Below, piece after piece: positions 1-9,690 of a DNA stretch of 64,000 bases. The position numbers were made by a program, and so were the translations under genes. The DNA is taken from positions 784 through 64,783 of the forward strand of contig CALJLA010000068.1 of NCBI GenBank assembly GCA_937983055.1, in the 5' to 3' direction. This stretch comes from an uncultured Pseudomonadota bacterium. Lineage in GTDB: Bacteria > Pseudomonadota > Gammaproteobacteria > Burkholderiales > Eutrophovitaceae. The first letter of the stretch is position 1; the number at the start of each line of letters is the position of its first letter. The notes below the pieces were generated by a model, which saw only the letters and a list, made by a program, of their open reading frames with translations, did no database searches and was not told where the DNA came from.

Positions 1-56
1 CCATGATGTGCCGATCCCGAACACGGCTTACATTTTTCGTGTGAACCAGCAGGCCT

Positions 57-1115
57 CTATTCACGCTGCGCAACGAGCGGCCGTGTCGGTGCCGGACGAT
101 GACTGAACAGGAACTGAAACGGGAGATGGCTGCGCAGGGCCCACGCCTTTTCGTTGTGGTGCGCGCCGGGGAACGCGAAATACTGAAGGTTGCCACCATG
201 GGAGTAGCCCCGGGTCGATAGCAGCGCTTGCATGTCGCGGGTGACCTCGTAGTTGTCCTGTGGCCAGCCGCTGTCGAGGTAGATGCGTATGTCGCGGGAC
301 GGTTCCGCAGCGATCCTCAAGAGCAGGTCGTCCCGCCAGCCGAAGGTGCTCGACAGACACGCGGCCATGCCGAAAACGCCTGGCCACTGCCAGGCCAGAT
401 ACAGTGATACGACGCCGCCGAGGGACGAACCCATCACGGCCGTATCTCGAGCGCTGTCGAGCGTGCGATAATCCCGGTCTATCCGCGCCTTCAGCGTCTG
501 TGCCACCACCTGGCCGTAGCTCTCGTATCCTGGCAGCGTGTAATCTTTCTCACGACTTTGCGGATAGATCCCGACGGCAATCACCTTGTCGATCACGTTC
601 ATGTCATTGAGCAACGACAGGGTCTCCCGGATTCGCCAGTCCGCACCACTGAACGATTCGCTGGGGAAGAACACATTCTGCCCGTCCTGCAAGTACAGCA
701 CAGGATAGCGCTTCAGCGTGTTCTCGCCGTAACCGGGCGGTGTGAATACGCGAAAGGCATAGTGCGCTGAGGCATCGGGTGTCGCCAGTTGTTCAACATC
801 GCAGACCGTGCAGCCGCGATCTTCGAAAAAGTAAGGGTAAACACTTTGCTCGCGCGGCCCATGCGCAAGCAACAAGTAATTTTTCCCCTGCGCCCATTGC
901 CGCGCGTTCCCCTGTGCCAGGACGGGCTTGTAGTAGCGGAAGGGTCTGTCCAGGCTGACGCGGAACACGGTGCATTGAGCGTCACTGGATAGGCTGCTGG
1001 CCTCGATGTCAGCGTCCCAGTCTGAATCGCAGCGCAACACGATACGCCCGTCAGTGATGGGGTAGTGAACGCGTAGCACCGTTTCCGTGTGTGCCGTGTC
1101 TCTTTTGGCGGTCAT
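57..1115 (-). CDS. putative esterase (alpha/beta hydrolase, esterase-D/enterochelin-esterase-like)
   Basis: 352-aa ORF with PVLYLQDGQNVF and the nucleophile elbow GSSLGG typical of the putative-esterase fold. It is the last gene of a four-gene minus-strand string. Confidence 0.7.
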   Translation of the reverse strand: MTAKRDTAHTETVLRVHYPITDGRIVLRCDSDWDADIEASSLSSDAQCTVFRVSLDRPFRYYKPVLAQGNARQWAQGKNYLLLAHGPREQSVYPYFFEDRGCTVCDVEQLATPDASAHYAFRVFTPPGYGENTLKRYPVLYLQDGQNVFFPSESFSGADWRIRETLSLLNDMNVIDKVIAVGIYPQSREKDYTLPGYESYGQVVAQTLKARIDRDYRTLDSARDTAVMGSSLGGVVSLYLAWQWPGVFGMAACLSSTFGWRDDLLLRIAAEPSRDIRIYLDSGWPQDNYEVTRDMQALLSTRGYSHGGNLQYFAFPGAHHNEKAWALRSHLPFQFLFSHRPAPTRPLVAQRE

Positions 1116-1127
1116 TGCATCCGTCGA

Positions 1128-1886
1128 TCAGTCATCGCGCGTCCTGCCGGCACCTGCGTTGTCATTTCCATCTGGCGCCGTTGATGGTGTGGCGGCGAGC
1201 GGTCGCGACCAGGTGATGTGTTCGTAGGCGCTTGACCAGAGGAAGCCAAGCGATAGCGCGAAGAGAATCTCTTCAATGGGAACACCCAGCAGCAGAATCC
1301 CGGAAATGCCGGTCAAGTTCCAGACGTGCTCGACGTATTCTGGGTAGGACAGAACGAGGGATAAGAAGAATACGAAATAGAAGAGCCCGAACAGCGCCGC
1401 TCCAGCCAGCATTCTGCGCCACAGATCTGGACGGCAGTAGCCGGCAAACAGACCACCGATGCCTAACGCCAGAATTGCCGAATAAATCGGATTGAACCAG
1501 TCCAGCGCATAGAGCACAAAGAAACTCACCATCGGAGAACTGATTGCGATACGATGCCAGCGATGTCCGGGCAGATGACGATGGTCCGACTCAATGGTGC
1601 CGTGATGCGCCGGGCGTATCCGATCGTACAGCGTGCTGGCGAGACCGCCGACGGCGAACGAAAAGCCCAGGCTCTCGAGATCGAAGCCGGTGGACTCAGC
1701 CAGGTCAAAAAGAGTCGGCGGATTCCAGTAGTCGGGTACAAACAGCGGTTCTGTCAGGCCGAGCGGCATAGTCAGCAGACTGGTGGTCAGCATCTTCCGC
1801 CGGCTCCAGCGATTGCGCAATCCCATGAACACAATCAACCACACGAGGCTCAGTATGGCGGTCCAAACGGCGTAGGCGTACGGCAT
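1128..1886 (-). CDS. polytopic membrane protein, lycopene-cyclase-domain-like
   Basis: 252-aa hydrophobic ORF. The PIEEILFALSLGF motif resembles the PxEE motif of CrtYc/d-type lycopene cyclase domains. The family assignment is tentative. Confidence 0.4.
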   Translation of the reverse strand: MPYAYAVWTAILSLVWLIVFMGLRNRWSRRKMLTTSLLTMPLGLTEPLFVPDYWNPPTLFDLAESTGFDLESLGFSFAVGGLASTLYDRIRPAHHGTIESDHRHLPGHRWHRIAISSPMVSFFVLYALDWFNPIYSAILALGIGGLFAGYCRPDLWRRMLAGAALFGLFYFVFFLSLVLSYPEYVEHVWNLTGISGILLLGVPIEEILFALSLGFLWSSAYEHITWSRPLAATPSTAPDGNDNAGAGRTRDD

Positions 1887-1921
1887 TACGTCTCAGCGCC
1901 CGCGCCGGCCAGTGCCCACGG

Positions 1922-2680
1922 TCATGCCCGCGATCCCGCCGCTGATGTGACGCTCGGCGCCTTGAGAAACCACAATTGCCACAGCGACACGACGATCTGT
2001 ACCAGCAGGCTCGCGCCGAGCAGACCGCCACCCACGACGACGACGTAGGCATACACCGGGTCCCACTTGGTCAGAAACCAGGCCAGGATGTCGGCGAGCA
2101 TCGCTGCAAACGGCAGTACGATCAGCGTCACTTTGAGCCAGCGCCGCATCAGGGACAATCTGAAGATCAAGCCGATCGCCAATGCCAGGATGCCGATACC
2201 GAACAGATGGATGTGCGACAGCCTCATCAGCGTGTGCAGTGACTGGCCCAGATCCACCTCGGCAACCTGCTGAACGGCGGCAAAGTTCGTCAGGTCCGGC
2301 ACGTCCAGGCCTGATTCCGGATTGTGGCACACGGTACAGGATGTGCTCAGGATCGGTTCAATCGTGGTGGCGTACTCGGCTTCGCCGGCACCGCCTTTCA
2401 GCCACGCGACGATTTCGTTCCGGTTATCCAACTGGATGTAGGCCGCCATGGGCCCGCGTAAGGCGGCCTCCAGGCGCGTTCCGCTCCGGTTGCCGTAATA
2501 CGTGTCGGCGATGTCTTGGATGGACACGCCCGGCCGCCCGTCGTGACCCTCGTGGCTCGTATACAGGTAGGTCATTGCCATCAGGTAGCCCATAGCGACA
2601 ATCAACAAGAAGCTGGTGAACAGCACTTTCTCGCTGAGCGTGCAGTCGTAGAATCGGCGGTCGCGCGGCGTCGCTTGCAT
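1922..2680 (-). CDS. membrane protein with a single CxxCH haem-c motif
   Basis: 252-aa ORF with an N-terminal TM segment, a soluble segment containing CTVCH, and then about 3 TM helices. I did not recognise a named family. Confidence 0.5.
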   Translation of the reverse strand: MQATPRDRRFYDCTLSEKVLFTSFLLIVAMGYLMAMTYLYTSHEGHDGRPGVSIQDIADTYYGNRSGTRLEAALRGPMAAYIQLDNRNEIVAWLKGGAGEAEYATTIEPILSTSCTVCHNPESGLDVPDLTNFAAVQQVAEVDLGQSLHTLMRLSHIHLFGIGILALAIGLIFRLSLMRRWLKVTLIVLPFAAMLADILAWFLTKWDPVYAYVVVVGGGLLGASLLVQIVVSLWQLWFLKAPSVTSAAGSRA

Positions 2681-2701
2681 GATTACCCGATGCTTCGCGG
2701 A

Positions 2702-3757
2702 CTAGGTTGGACCGGTCTGTGGCGTGGCGAAGAAGTCCGCGGTGACGCCGAGCGCACGGTCGGTCGCGGCGATGGAGCGAGCCGCGTCGCGCTCCATGCC
2801 GGTCAGCGCTCGGATGGCGTCGATGGTCTCCGGCACGACGATCGCCTGGTTGAAGACCTGGTAGGTGTAGAACGCCTCCTTGCCTTCGACGGCAACACCG
2901 TCCTCCCAGAGCGCGACTTCCCACAAATCGCCTCGCGGCCGGCCGATATCGAGCATGAGTTCGGTGGTGGCATTGAGCGCCACCAGCCCGTCGTCCATGC
3001 GCAGGAATGCAATCCGCGGCGCCGCGCGAAACGCGGCCAGAACCTCATCGCGCGTCGCTTCTTGCGTCAATTCGACCCACCAGGTGTGTAGATGGCTGGA
3101 GTTGTGCGCGGCTTTCACGGCCGTCGTCACGACGTCCAGGGACGGATCGACCGTTTGCGCGTCCGGGCCCTGATGGCTCGGAATCACTTTCTCGGGAACG
3201 ACCGTATTCATGATGCCTTCCGCGTGGCCTTCCCACGGATCCGAAGCACGTCGCACGAGGGTACCCCGGGCACGTTTCAGCAGCCCTGCGGACTTCAGCG
3301 CGCCCAGGGTCCGCACAATCGAGGTCGTATTACAGGAAACCACGCGCGTGCAGTCCCGGTCCAGCGCACTGGCATAGTTGGCCTGGGCGACGAAGGAGTG
3401 CCCGGTGAGCGCATGCGACTCACCGCCCTGGAAGATCGATTTGATCTTGGCCGCGTCGTATCTTGCCCGGTTGCCGGCCGCTACGTGCTTGGGCGTGCAG
3501 TCGACAACGACCGCGGCCTCCGCCAAGAGCTCGTCGAGGGTGCCCGCACTGGCGATATCGTGCGCCGCGAAGGTCGACCGGGCCTCCGGACTCGCCGCGT
3601 ACAGGGGGATGTCCAGGCGATTGGCGGTTCGGGTGCGGTAGTCGGCGACCACGTCGGCAACACCGACCAGCGTCATGTCCGCTTGTTGCTGAACGGCATC
3701 GGCGATGCGCTTGCCGATCACCCCGTATCCGTTGATTGCGACCTTGACTCGACTCAT
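2702..3757 (-). CDS. gap: type II (archaeal-type) glyceraldehyde-3-phosphate dehydrogenase
   Basis: MSRVKVAINGYGVIGKR Rossmann N-terminus and the VVSCNTTS active-site motif of class II GAPDH. The start was moved to the internal ATG at 3757 from the ORF-track start at 3823. Confidence 0.85.
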   Translation of the reverse strand: MSRVKVAINGYGVIGKRIADAVQQQADMTLVGVADVVADYRTRTANRLDIPLYAASPEARSTFAAHDIASAGTLDELLAEAAVVVDCTPKHVAAGNRARYDAAKIKSIFQGGESHALTGHSFVAQANYASALDRDCTRVVSCNTTSIVRTLGALKSAGLLKRARGTLVRRASDPWEGHAEGIMNTVVPEKVIPSHQGPDAQTVDPSLDVVTTAVKAAHNSSHLHTWWVELTQEATRDEVLAAFRAAPRIAFLRMDDGLVALNATTELMLDIGRPRGDLWEVALWEDGVAVEGKEAFYTYQVFNQAIVVPETIDAIRALTGMERDAARSIAATDRALGVTADFFATPQTGPT

Positions 3758-3832
3758 GTTGTTACTCGCTTGTCCGAATGGCGGTGAAGGCGCGCACCCG
3801 GACCATGCCCGGTGCCTGACCACGAAGGTTCA

Positions 3833-3865
3833 ACCGTACGACCTGTACCCAACTGTCAGGTCAAG
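3833..3865 (-). promoter_or_regulatory. MerR-type promoter/operator (TTGACC-N20-TACGGT) facing the gap operon
   Basis: The reverse complement reads CTTGACCTGACAGTTGGGTACAGGTCGTACGGT, with a 20-bp spacer and the dyad GACCTG-N11-CAGGTC. It is an exact inverted copy of the site at 3909-3937. Confidence 0.55.
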
Positions 3866-3908
3866 GCCCGGTGCTCGACGAGGATCGGGCGTCGTTCGAC
3901 CGCGTCGG

Positions 3909-3941
3909 CTTGACCTGACAGTTGGGTACAGGTCGTAGTCT
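3909..3941 (+). promoter_or_regulatory. MerR-type promoter/operator (TTGACC-N20-TAGTCT) facing the SDR-HMBD operon
   Basis: CTTGACCTGACAGTTGGGTACAGGTCGTAGTCT, located 59 bp upstream of the ATG at 4000. It has the same dyad as 3837-3865. Confidence 0.55.
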
Positions 3942-3999
3942 TCCCCGTTTAGCCATCGACGCTTGGCGCTCGATGTCGTTCTGGACCAGGGGATTCAAT

Positions 4000-5331
4000 A
4001 TGCCATCGCATACCGGCGCAGTCTTGATTACGGGCGCCAACGGCCGCATCGGCTCCGCCGTCATGAAGCGTCTTCGCCAACAATTCAGTGACGTGGTGGG
4101 CTTTGATCGACAAGCGTCGTCGCCGCCGCCGGCGGACTGTGTCTTCATACCGGTCGACATCACCTCGGACGCCGACGTGGAGGAGGGTCTTCGGACGCTC
4201 GGCGAGCACCATGGCCGTCGGATCGCGTCGGTGATTCACCTGGCGGCGTACTATGACTTTTTGGGCCGCGCGAGCCCAAAGTACGATGCGATTACCGTCG
4301 AGGGTACGCGACGCCTGTTGCGCGGCTTGAAGTCGTTCGAGGTCGAGCAGTTCATTTTTTCCAGCACCATGTTGGTGCACGCGCCGGGCGAACCCGGGGA
4401 GTTCATCAACGAAGATTGGCCCATTGGGCCAACCTGGGCCTACCCGGAATCCAAGGTGTGCACGGAAGCGGTGATCCATGAAGAGCGGGGCAGTATTCCT
4501 GCGGTGATCCTGCGGCTGGCCGGCGTGTACGACGATGTGTGTCATTCGCCGCCACTGGCGCACCAGATTCAGCGCATCTACGAGCGACAACTGGCCGGTC
4601 ACCTGTACTCCGGCGAGACCTCGCACGGCCAGGCATTCGTTCACCTCGACGACGTCGTGGACGCCATCGAGGCGGCGGTGATGCGACGATCGGAGCTGCC
4701 CGCCGAGGTCCCCATACTCATCGGTGAGCCGGATACGCTGAGCTACGACGAGCTGCAGCACACCTTCATGCGCCTGATCCATGGCAAGTCGTCGGAAACA
4801 CACAATGTGCCCGGGCTCATCGCCAAGGTCGGCGCCTGGCTTCAGAACCTGATGCCCGGCAAGAAACCGTTCATCAAACCCTGGATGATCGATCGCGCCA
4901 ACGACCACTACGCGCTCGACATCACGCGAGCTCGTTCATTGCTGGATTGGCTGCCCAAGCATACGCTGCGGCAAACCCTGCCGAGGATGGTTGCTGCCCT
5001 GCAGGCCGATCCGATCGCCTGGTATCGCGAGCACGGCCTCGAGCCGAGCACCGCCGTCAGAGAACAGGCGCGGCAGGCCGCGCCGGAACCCGTCGCCACA
5101 GCGGCAATCGACCGCAAAAAGCCGCACAGCTGCCCGCTGCACCCGGGAGTTTGTCAATCATCGCCCGGCAATTGTCCGCGTTGCGGGACGGCACTCGAAC
5201 CGCTTGGCGCGCCAGCGACTGCGTATAGCTGCCCCATGCATCCCGAGGTCGTGAGCAAGGAACCCGGTCGCTGCCCGAAGTGCGGCATGCCGCTGGAACG
5301 ATGTGACATCCCGGAGGAAGGCCATGCATGA
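4000..5331 (+). CDS. NAD(P)-dependent epimerase/dehydratase-family SDR fused to two C-terminal heavy-metal-binding (HMBD) zinc-ribbon-like motifs
   Basis: TGANGRIG Rossmann motif and YPESK catalytic YxxxK. The C-terminus carries [24 protein letters not shown] and [24 protein letters not shown]. The start was set at the ATG at 4000. Confidence 0.75.
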   Translation: MPSHTGAVLITGANGRIGSAVMKRLRQQFSDVVGFDRQASSPPPADCVFIPVDITSDADVEEGLRTLGEHHGRRIASVIHLAAYYDFLGRASPKYDAITVEGTRRLLRGLKSFEVEQFIFSSTMLVHAPGEPGEFINEDWPIGPTWAYPESKVCTEAVIHEERGSIPAVILRLAGVYDDVCHSPPLAHQIQRIYERQLAGHLYSGETSHGQAFVHLDDVVDAIEAAVMRRSELPAEVPILIGEPDTLSYDELQHTFMRLIHGKSSETHNVPGLIAKVGAWLQNLMPGKKPFIKPWMIDRANDHYALDITRARSLLDWLPKHTLRQTLPRMVAALQADPIAWYREHGLEPSTAVREQARQAAPEPVATAAIDRKKPHSCPLHPGVCQSSPGNCPRCGTALEPLGAPATAYSCPMHPEVVSKEPGRCPKCGMPLERCDIPEEGHA

Positions 5332-6913
5332 CCATCATGCCGGGCACGGACACACCACGGCGGCAGACTCCGCTGACGAGTACACCTGCCCCATGCACCC
5401 GGAGGTGGTGCAGAACGAACCGGGGGACTGTCCGAAATGCGGCATGACCCTGGTGTTGCGCGATTCGGCCAAACCGGCGGCTGGACACGGCGACATGATG
5501 GTCGAGAGCCACCGCAATATGCTCTGGCCGCATTATCTCAACCTGATGCTCGGCCTCTGGTTGCTGTTGAGCCCGTTCACGCTCGGTTACATGAGCGATT
5601 TCGTGCCCGATGCCAAGCAGCTCTGGGTTATGGCCGATCGCGGATTGCCGCCGTTCGAGCTGCGCAATCTGTGGATGACCTGGAGCGATGTGATCAGCGG
5701 CATCCTGGTCATCGTCTTCAGCGTCCTGTCAGCCGATGCCTGGCGGCGCAATCCCTGGGCGCAATGGGCCAACGCCTTCGTCGGCGTGTGGCTGTTGTTG
5801 GCGCCGCTGGTGTTCTGGACACCCCTGCCTGAGGCCTATGCCAACGGTACCCTGGTCGGCGGTCTGGTCATCGCGCTCTCGGTGCTCATCCCGATGATGC
5901 CGGGGATGAGCATGGCCGGCATGATGGGCAAGCCGGATGTGCCGCCGGGCTGGGCCTACACGCCGTCGAGCTGGTTGCAGCGCATGCCGATTGGTGTACT
6001 CGCCCTGATTGGCTTTCTTATCGCGCGCGTGCTCGGCGCCTATCAGCTCGGCCACATCGATACCGTCTGGGAGCCGTTTTTCGCCGGTGTCGGCGAGAAC
6101 AAGGACGTGATGAACGGCACCGAGTCCATCATCACCTCGGACGTCTCCAAGGCCTGGCCGATCGCCGACGGCGCGCTGGGCGCTATCGTCTACACGCTCG
6201 AACTGGCCATGACCTGGATGGCCGGCAAGGACCGCTGGCGCACCATGCCCTGGATGGTGCTCGGGCTGGCAGTGCTGATCGTACCGCTGGGCGTGGTCAG
6301 CATCTATTTCATTATCATCCAGCCGATCGATATCGGTACCTGGTGCACGTTGTGCCTGATTGCCGCACTGGCGATGGCGGTGATGATTCCGTATTCGCTC
6401 AACGAGTTCGTCGCCATGGGACAGTTCCTGGTCTGGTCGCGCAGGCAGGGCAAGCCGTTCTGGCGCACCTTCTGGACCGGCGACGCCATGGACGGCGGTA
6501 GCGACGATGATGCCAGGGGGCTTGTAGCCAGCCCGCGGGAGCAATGGGCGCAGGCCACGCGCGGCGTGACCTATCCCTGGACCTTGAATCTCAGCATCGG
6601 CATCGGTGTCTGGCTCACGTTCACGCGCCTGACCTTCGGCAATGCGGGCGCCATGGCCAATAGCGATCACCTGATCGGTGCGCTGGTGGTGACGTTCTCG
6701 ATCATGGCCTGGGCCGAGGTCGGACGCGCGGTGCGCTTCATCAACGTGCCCTTCGGCGCATGGTTGATCGCCGCGCCCTGGTTGCTCGACGGCGCAGGGT
6801 CGTCACTGGCTGCCTGGAACGGCGTTATTGCCGGCATACTGCTCATCGTGCTGGCCATCCCTCGAGGCACGATCAAGGAGTCTTACGCAGGCTGGGATCG
6901 GCACATTGTCTAG
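5324..6913 (+). CDS. membrane protein: N-terminal HMBD + SPW-repeat-like segments + VKOR-like core
   Basis: [24 protein letters not shown] is followed by [14 protein letters not shown] and [13 protein letters not shown] (SPW-like). A polytopic core carries WCTLCLIAA (CxxC in a TM helix, as in VKOR). A GGAGGAAG RBS lies before the ATG at 5324, and there is an 8-nt overlap with the upstream gene. Confidence 0.65.
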   Translation: MHDHHAGHGHTTAADSADEYTCPMHPEVVQNEPGDCPKCGMTLVLRDSAKPAAGHGDMMVESHRNMLWPHYLNLMLGLWLLLSPFTLGYMSDFVPDAKQLWVMADRGLPPFELRNLWMTWSDVISGILVIVFSVLSADAWRRNPWAQWANAFVGVWLLLAPLVFWTPLPEAYANGTLVGGLVIALSVLIPMMPGMSMAGMMGKPDVPPGWAYTPSSWLQRMPIGVLALIGFLIARVLGAYQLGHIDTVWEPFFAGVGENKDVMNGTESIITSDVSKAWPIADGALGAIVYTLELAMTWMAGKDRWRTMPWMVLGLAVLIVPLGVVSIYFIIIQPIDIGTWCTLCLIAALAMAVMIPYSLNEFVAMGQFLVWSRRQGKPFWRTFWTGDAMDGGSDDDARGLVASPREQWAQATRGVTYPWTLNLSIGIGVWLTFTRLTFGNAGAMANSDHLIGALVVTFSIMAWAEVGRAVRFINVPFGAWLIAAPWLLDGAGSSLAAWNGVIAGILLIVLAIPRGTIKESYAGWDRHIV

Positions 6914-7036
6914 CGTCGACGGCTCCGGTACCGGCGTCCGGCTCGAACGCAAGTGTCTGGCCAGTCTCCCCGAACCGTTAACGCGCCGGCACTCAAGGCC
7001 GGGGCGGCGCCCGGATTCAGCAAAGGAGGATCCACA

Positions 7037-8047
7037 ATGCAACTAGGAATGTTTGGTCTGGGGCGCATGGGCAGCAACATGGTGCGGCGGCTCATGAACG
7101 ACGGGCACGAGTGCGTGGTCTACAACCGCAGCGAAGGCGCCGTTCGACAGCTGCAAAGCGAAGGCGCACTTGGGGTGTTTTCGCTCGAGGAACTGATTGT
7201 CCGCCTGGAGCGCCCCCGCCGCATCTGGTTGATGATTCCGGCTGCCGTCGTCGATGACGTTCTGGCGCGCCTGGTGCCGTTGCTCGACAGCGACGACATC
7301 GTGATCGACGGCGGCAACTCGAATTACCGCGACGATATACGCCGCGGTACCGAACTCGGACAGCAAGGTGTTCATTATCTCGACGTCGGCACCAGCGGCG
7401 GGGTGGCCGGGCTGGAACGCGGCTACTGCCTGATGATCGGCGGCGACACGGACGTCGTCTCGCAGCTCAGCCCGATTTTCGCAAGCCTCGCGCCGGGTGT
7501 CGCGGCGGCAACGAAGACCCCGGGCCGAGGCCCGGGCACGGCGGAGCAGGGCTATCTGCACTGCGGTCCGCACGGCGCAGGGCATTTCGTCAAGATGGTG
7601 CACAACGGCATCGAGTACGGCGTGATGCAGTCCTATGCGGAAGGCTTCAACATTTTGCGCAACGCCAATATCGGCAAGCGCCAGCACGATGTCGATGCTG
7701 AGACCGCGCCAACGCAGGATCCGGCACATTACGCCTACGACTTCGACCTGGCAGAGATCGCCGAGTTGTGGCGCCGCGGCAGCGTTATCGCCTCCTGGCT
7801 GCTCGATCTCACGGCGGCCGCGCTGTTGCGTGATCCGGCCTTGCAGCGTTACGCGGGCCGGGTTTCGGACTCCGGCGAAGGCCGCTGGACCATCACTGCG
7901 GCGATCGAAGAAGGCGTTCCGGCGCCCGTGTTGAGTGCGGCGCTTTATGCCCGGTTCAGCTCACGCGGTGAGGCGGAGTTCGCAAACCAGGTGCTCTCGG
8001 CAATGCGCGAGGGCTTTGGCGGTCACGTCGAAAAGCCGGACGATTGA
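7037..8047 (+). CDS. gnd: 6-phosphogluconate dehydrogenase, decarboxylating (short form)
   Basis: MQLGMFGLGRMGSNMVRRL NAD(P)-binding N-terminus, with YLDVGTSGG and HFVKMVHNGIEYG motifs. An AAAGGAGGA RBS lies upstream. Confidence 0.85.
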   Translation: MQLGMFGLGRMGSNMVRRLMNDGHECVVYNRSEGAVRQLQSEGALGVFSLEELIVRLERPRRIWLMIPAAVVDDVLARLVPLLDSDDIVIDGGNSNYRDDIRRGTELGQQGVHYLDVGTSGGVAGLERGYCLMIGGDTDVVSQLSPIFASLAPGVAAATKTPGRGPGTAEQGYLHCGPHGAGHFVKMVHNGIEYGVMQSYAEGFNILRNANIGKRQHDVDAETAPTQDPAHYAYDFDLAEIAELWRRGSVIASWLLDLTAAALLRDPALQRYAGRVSDSGEGRWTITAAIEEGVPAPVLSAALYARFSSRGEAEFANQVLSAMREGFGGHVEKPDD

Positions 8048-8049
8048 GC

Positions 8050-9432
8050 ATGGACACCCACGACGCCGATGCACTGGTCATATTCGGGGTCACCGGCGAC
8101 CTGGCGTACAAGAAGATCTTTCCGGCCCTGCAGGCGTTGTTCGAGCGCGGCGATCTGAGCCTGCCCGTCGTCGGCGTGGCACGGGGCGGCTGGACCCTGG
8201 AGCGGCTGCGCGAGCGGGTGCGGGCGAGCCTTCGGGAGCATGGCAGCGTCGATGCTGACGCGTTCGCGCGCCTGTCGGCGCAACTGCGCTACGTCGACGG
8301 CGACTATCGCGATCCAGCCACCTACGACCGACTGAAGCAGGCACTGCACGACAGCCAGCGGCCACTGCACTACCTGGCGATCGCGCCGGGGATGTTCGAG
8401 ACCGTGGTGCGGGGGCTGGCGAGCGCCGACTGTTCCCGCCACGCACGCGTCGTGGTCGAGAAGCCGTTTGGCCGCGACCTGGCCTCAGCCCGTGCGCTCA
8501 ACCGCACGCTGCATCAGGTATTCCCGGAAACCGCGGTGTTTCGCATCGATCATTACCTGGGCAAGGAGGCGGTTCAAAACCTGTTGTACTTCCGCTTTGC
8601 CAACACCTTCCTCGAGCCGATTTGGAATCAGCATCACGTCGCTGCTATTCACGTGACCATGGCCGAACGGTTCGGCGTGCAGGGTCGTGGCAAATTTTAC
8701 GAGGAGGTGGGCGCCATTCGCGACGTGGTGCAAAACCACCTGCTGCAGGTCATCGCGCTGCTGACGATGGATGCGCCGACGGGTCGCGATCCGCAAGCGA
8801 CGCGCGCGGAGAAGCTGCGCATTTTGCGTGCGATGCGGCCGGTCGATCCCTCGCAGCTCGTGCGCGGGCAATATCGTGGCTATCGTGACGAGCCCGGCGT
8901 CGCGGGCGACTCCGACGTTGAGACCTTCGCCGCATTTCGCTTGTACATCGACACCTGGCGCTGGTCCGGTGTGCCGATCGTGGTGCGTACCGGCAAATGC
9001 CTGCCGCTGACGGTCACGGAGGTGATCGTGCAGCTGTGCCAGCCGCCGCTCGCCATTTTCGATCCAGTCACGCCGGCAGCGGCAAACTACTTTCGCTTCC
9101 GCTTGAGCCCGGAGGTCGTCATCGCGGCCGGCACGCGCGTCAAGCAACCGGGGGACACCATGCGGGGCGAAGCCGCGGAGTTGATCGCCCGTCACGCACG
9201 CGCCGGGGCCGACCTGCCCTATGAACGGCTATTACGCGATGCCATCCGCGGTGACCCGGCACTGTTTACCCAGGACGAAAGCGTGGAGGCGGCCTGGCAG
9301 GTCGTCGAACCGATGCTCAGGGCGGGTGTGTCGGTAACGGAGTACGAGCCGGACACCTGGGGACCGACCAGGCTGGCGCCACAACCGGAGGGATGGCGAA
9401 ATCCCGAAGCGGAGGCGAGCAAACCGTGTTAA
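8050..9432 (+). CDS. zwf: glucose-6-phosphate 1-dehydrogenase
   Basis: IFGVTGDLAYKKIFPAL and RIDHYLGKE signature motifs. The start overlaps or abuts the gnd stop. Confidence 0.9.
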   Translation: MDTHDADALVIFGVTGDLAYKKIFPALQALFERGDLSLPVVGVARGGWTLERLRERVRASLREHGSVDADAFARLSAQLRYVDGDYRDPATYDRLKQALHDSQRPLHYLAIAPGMFETVVRGLASADCSRHARVVVEKPFGRDLASARALNRTLHQVFPETAVFRIDHYLGKEAVQNLLYFRFANTFLEPIWNQHHVAAIHVTMAERFGVQGRGKFYEEVGAIRDVVQNHLLQVIALLTMDAPTGRDPQATRAEKLRILRAMRPVDPSQLVRGQYRGYRDEPGVAGDSDVETFAAFRLYIDTWRWSGVPIVVRTGKCLPLTVTEVIVQLCQPPLAIFDPVTPAAANYFRFRLSPEVVIAAGTRVKQPGDTMRGEAAELIARHARAGADLPYERLLRDAIRGDPALFTQDESVEAAWQVVEPMLRAGVSVTEYEPDTWGPTRLAPQPEGWRNPEAEASKPC

Positions 9433-9507
9433 TCACGAAGACACAACACGCGCGGGCTCGGGTTCGCGGCCGGCGTGGGTAAGCGGTAGTTGAGTTAAGG
9501 AGTCAAG

Positions 9508-9672
9508 ATGGACTGGCTGGCAGAGAATTGGTTTTGGGTGCTGATCGGTATTGTGTTTGTCGCGATGCACCTGTTCGGACATGGTGGCCATGGTGGCCGC
9601 GGCGGGCATGCCGGTCACGGCGGCTCGCGGGATGCTGAGCGCGGCGATCAGAAGCAGCAACACCGGCATTGA
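9508..9672 (+). CDS. small membrane/His-rich peptide, DUF2933-like
   Basis: 54-aa ORF below the ORF-track cutoff: MDWLAENWFWVLIGIVFVAMHLFGHGGHGGRGGHAGHGGSRD.... An AAGGAG RBS sits 6 nt upstream. It lies immediately 5' of a P1B ATPase, which is the usual DUF2933 context. Confidence 0.5.
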   Translation: MDWLAENWFWVLIGIVFVAMHLFGHGGHGGRGGHAGHGGSRDAERGDQKQQHRH

Positions 9673-9690
9673 CCGGTCAACGGGACAATC

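Noticed and set aside
7037-9432. A complete oxidative pentose-phosphate branch including 6-phosphogluconolactonase.
   Set aside because: No pgl-like ORF (DevB/Pgl family) is present between or around zwf and gnd, so the pathway statement is limited to the four enzymes actually seen.
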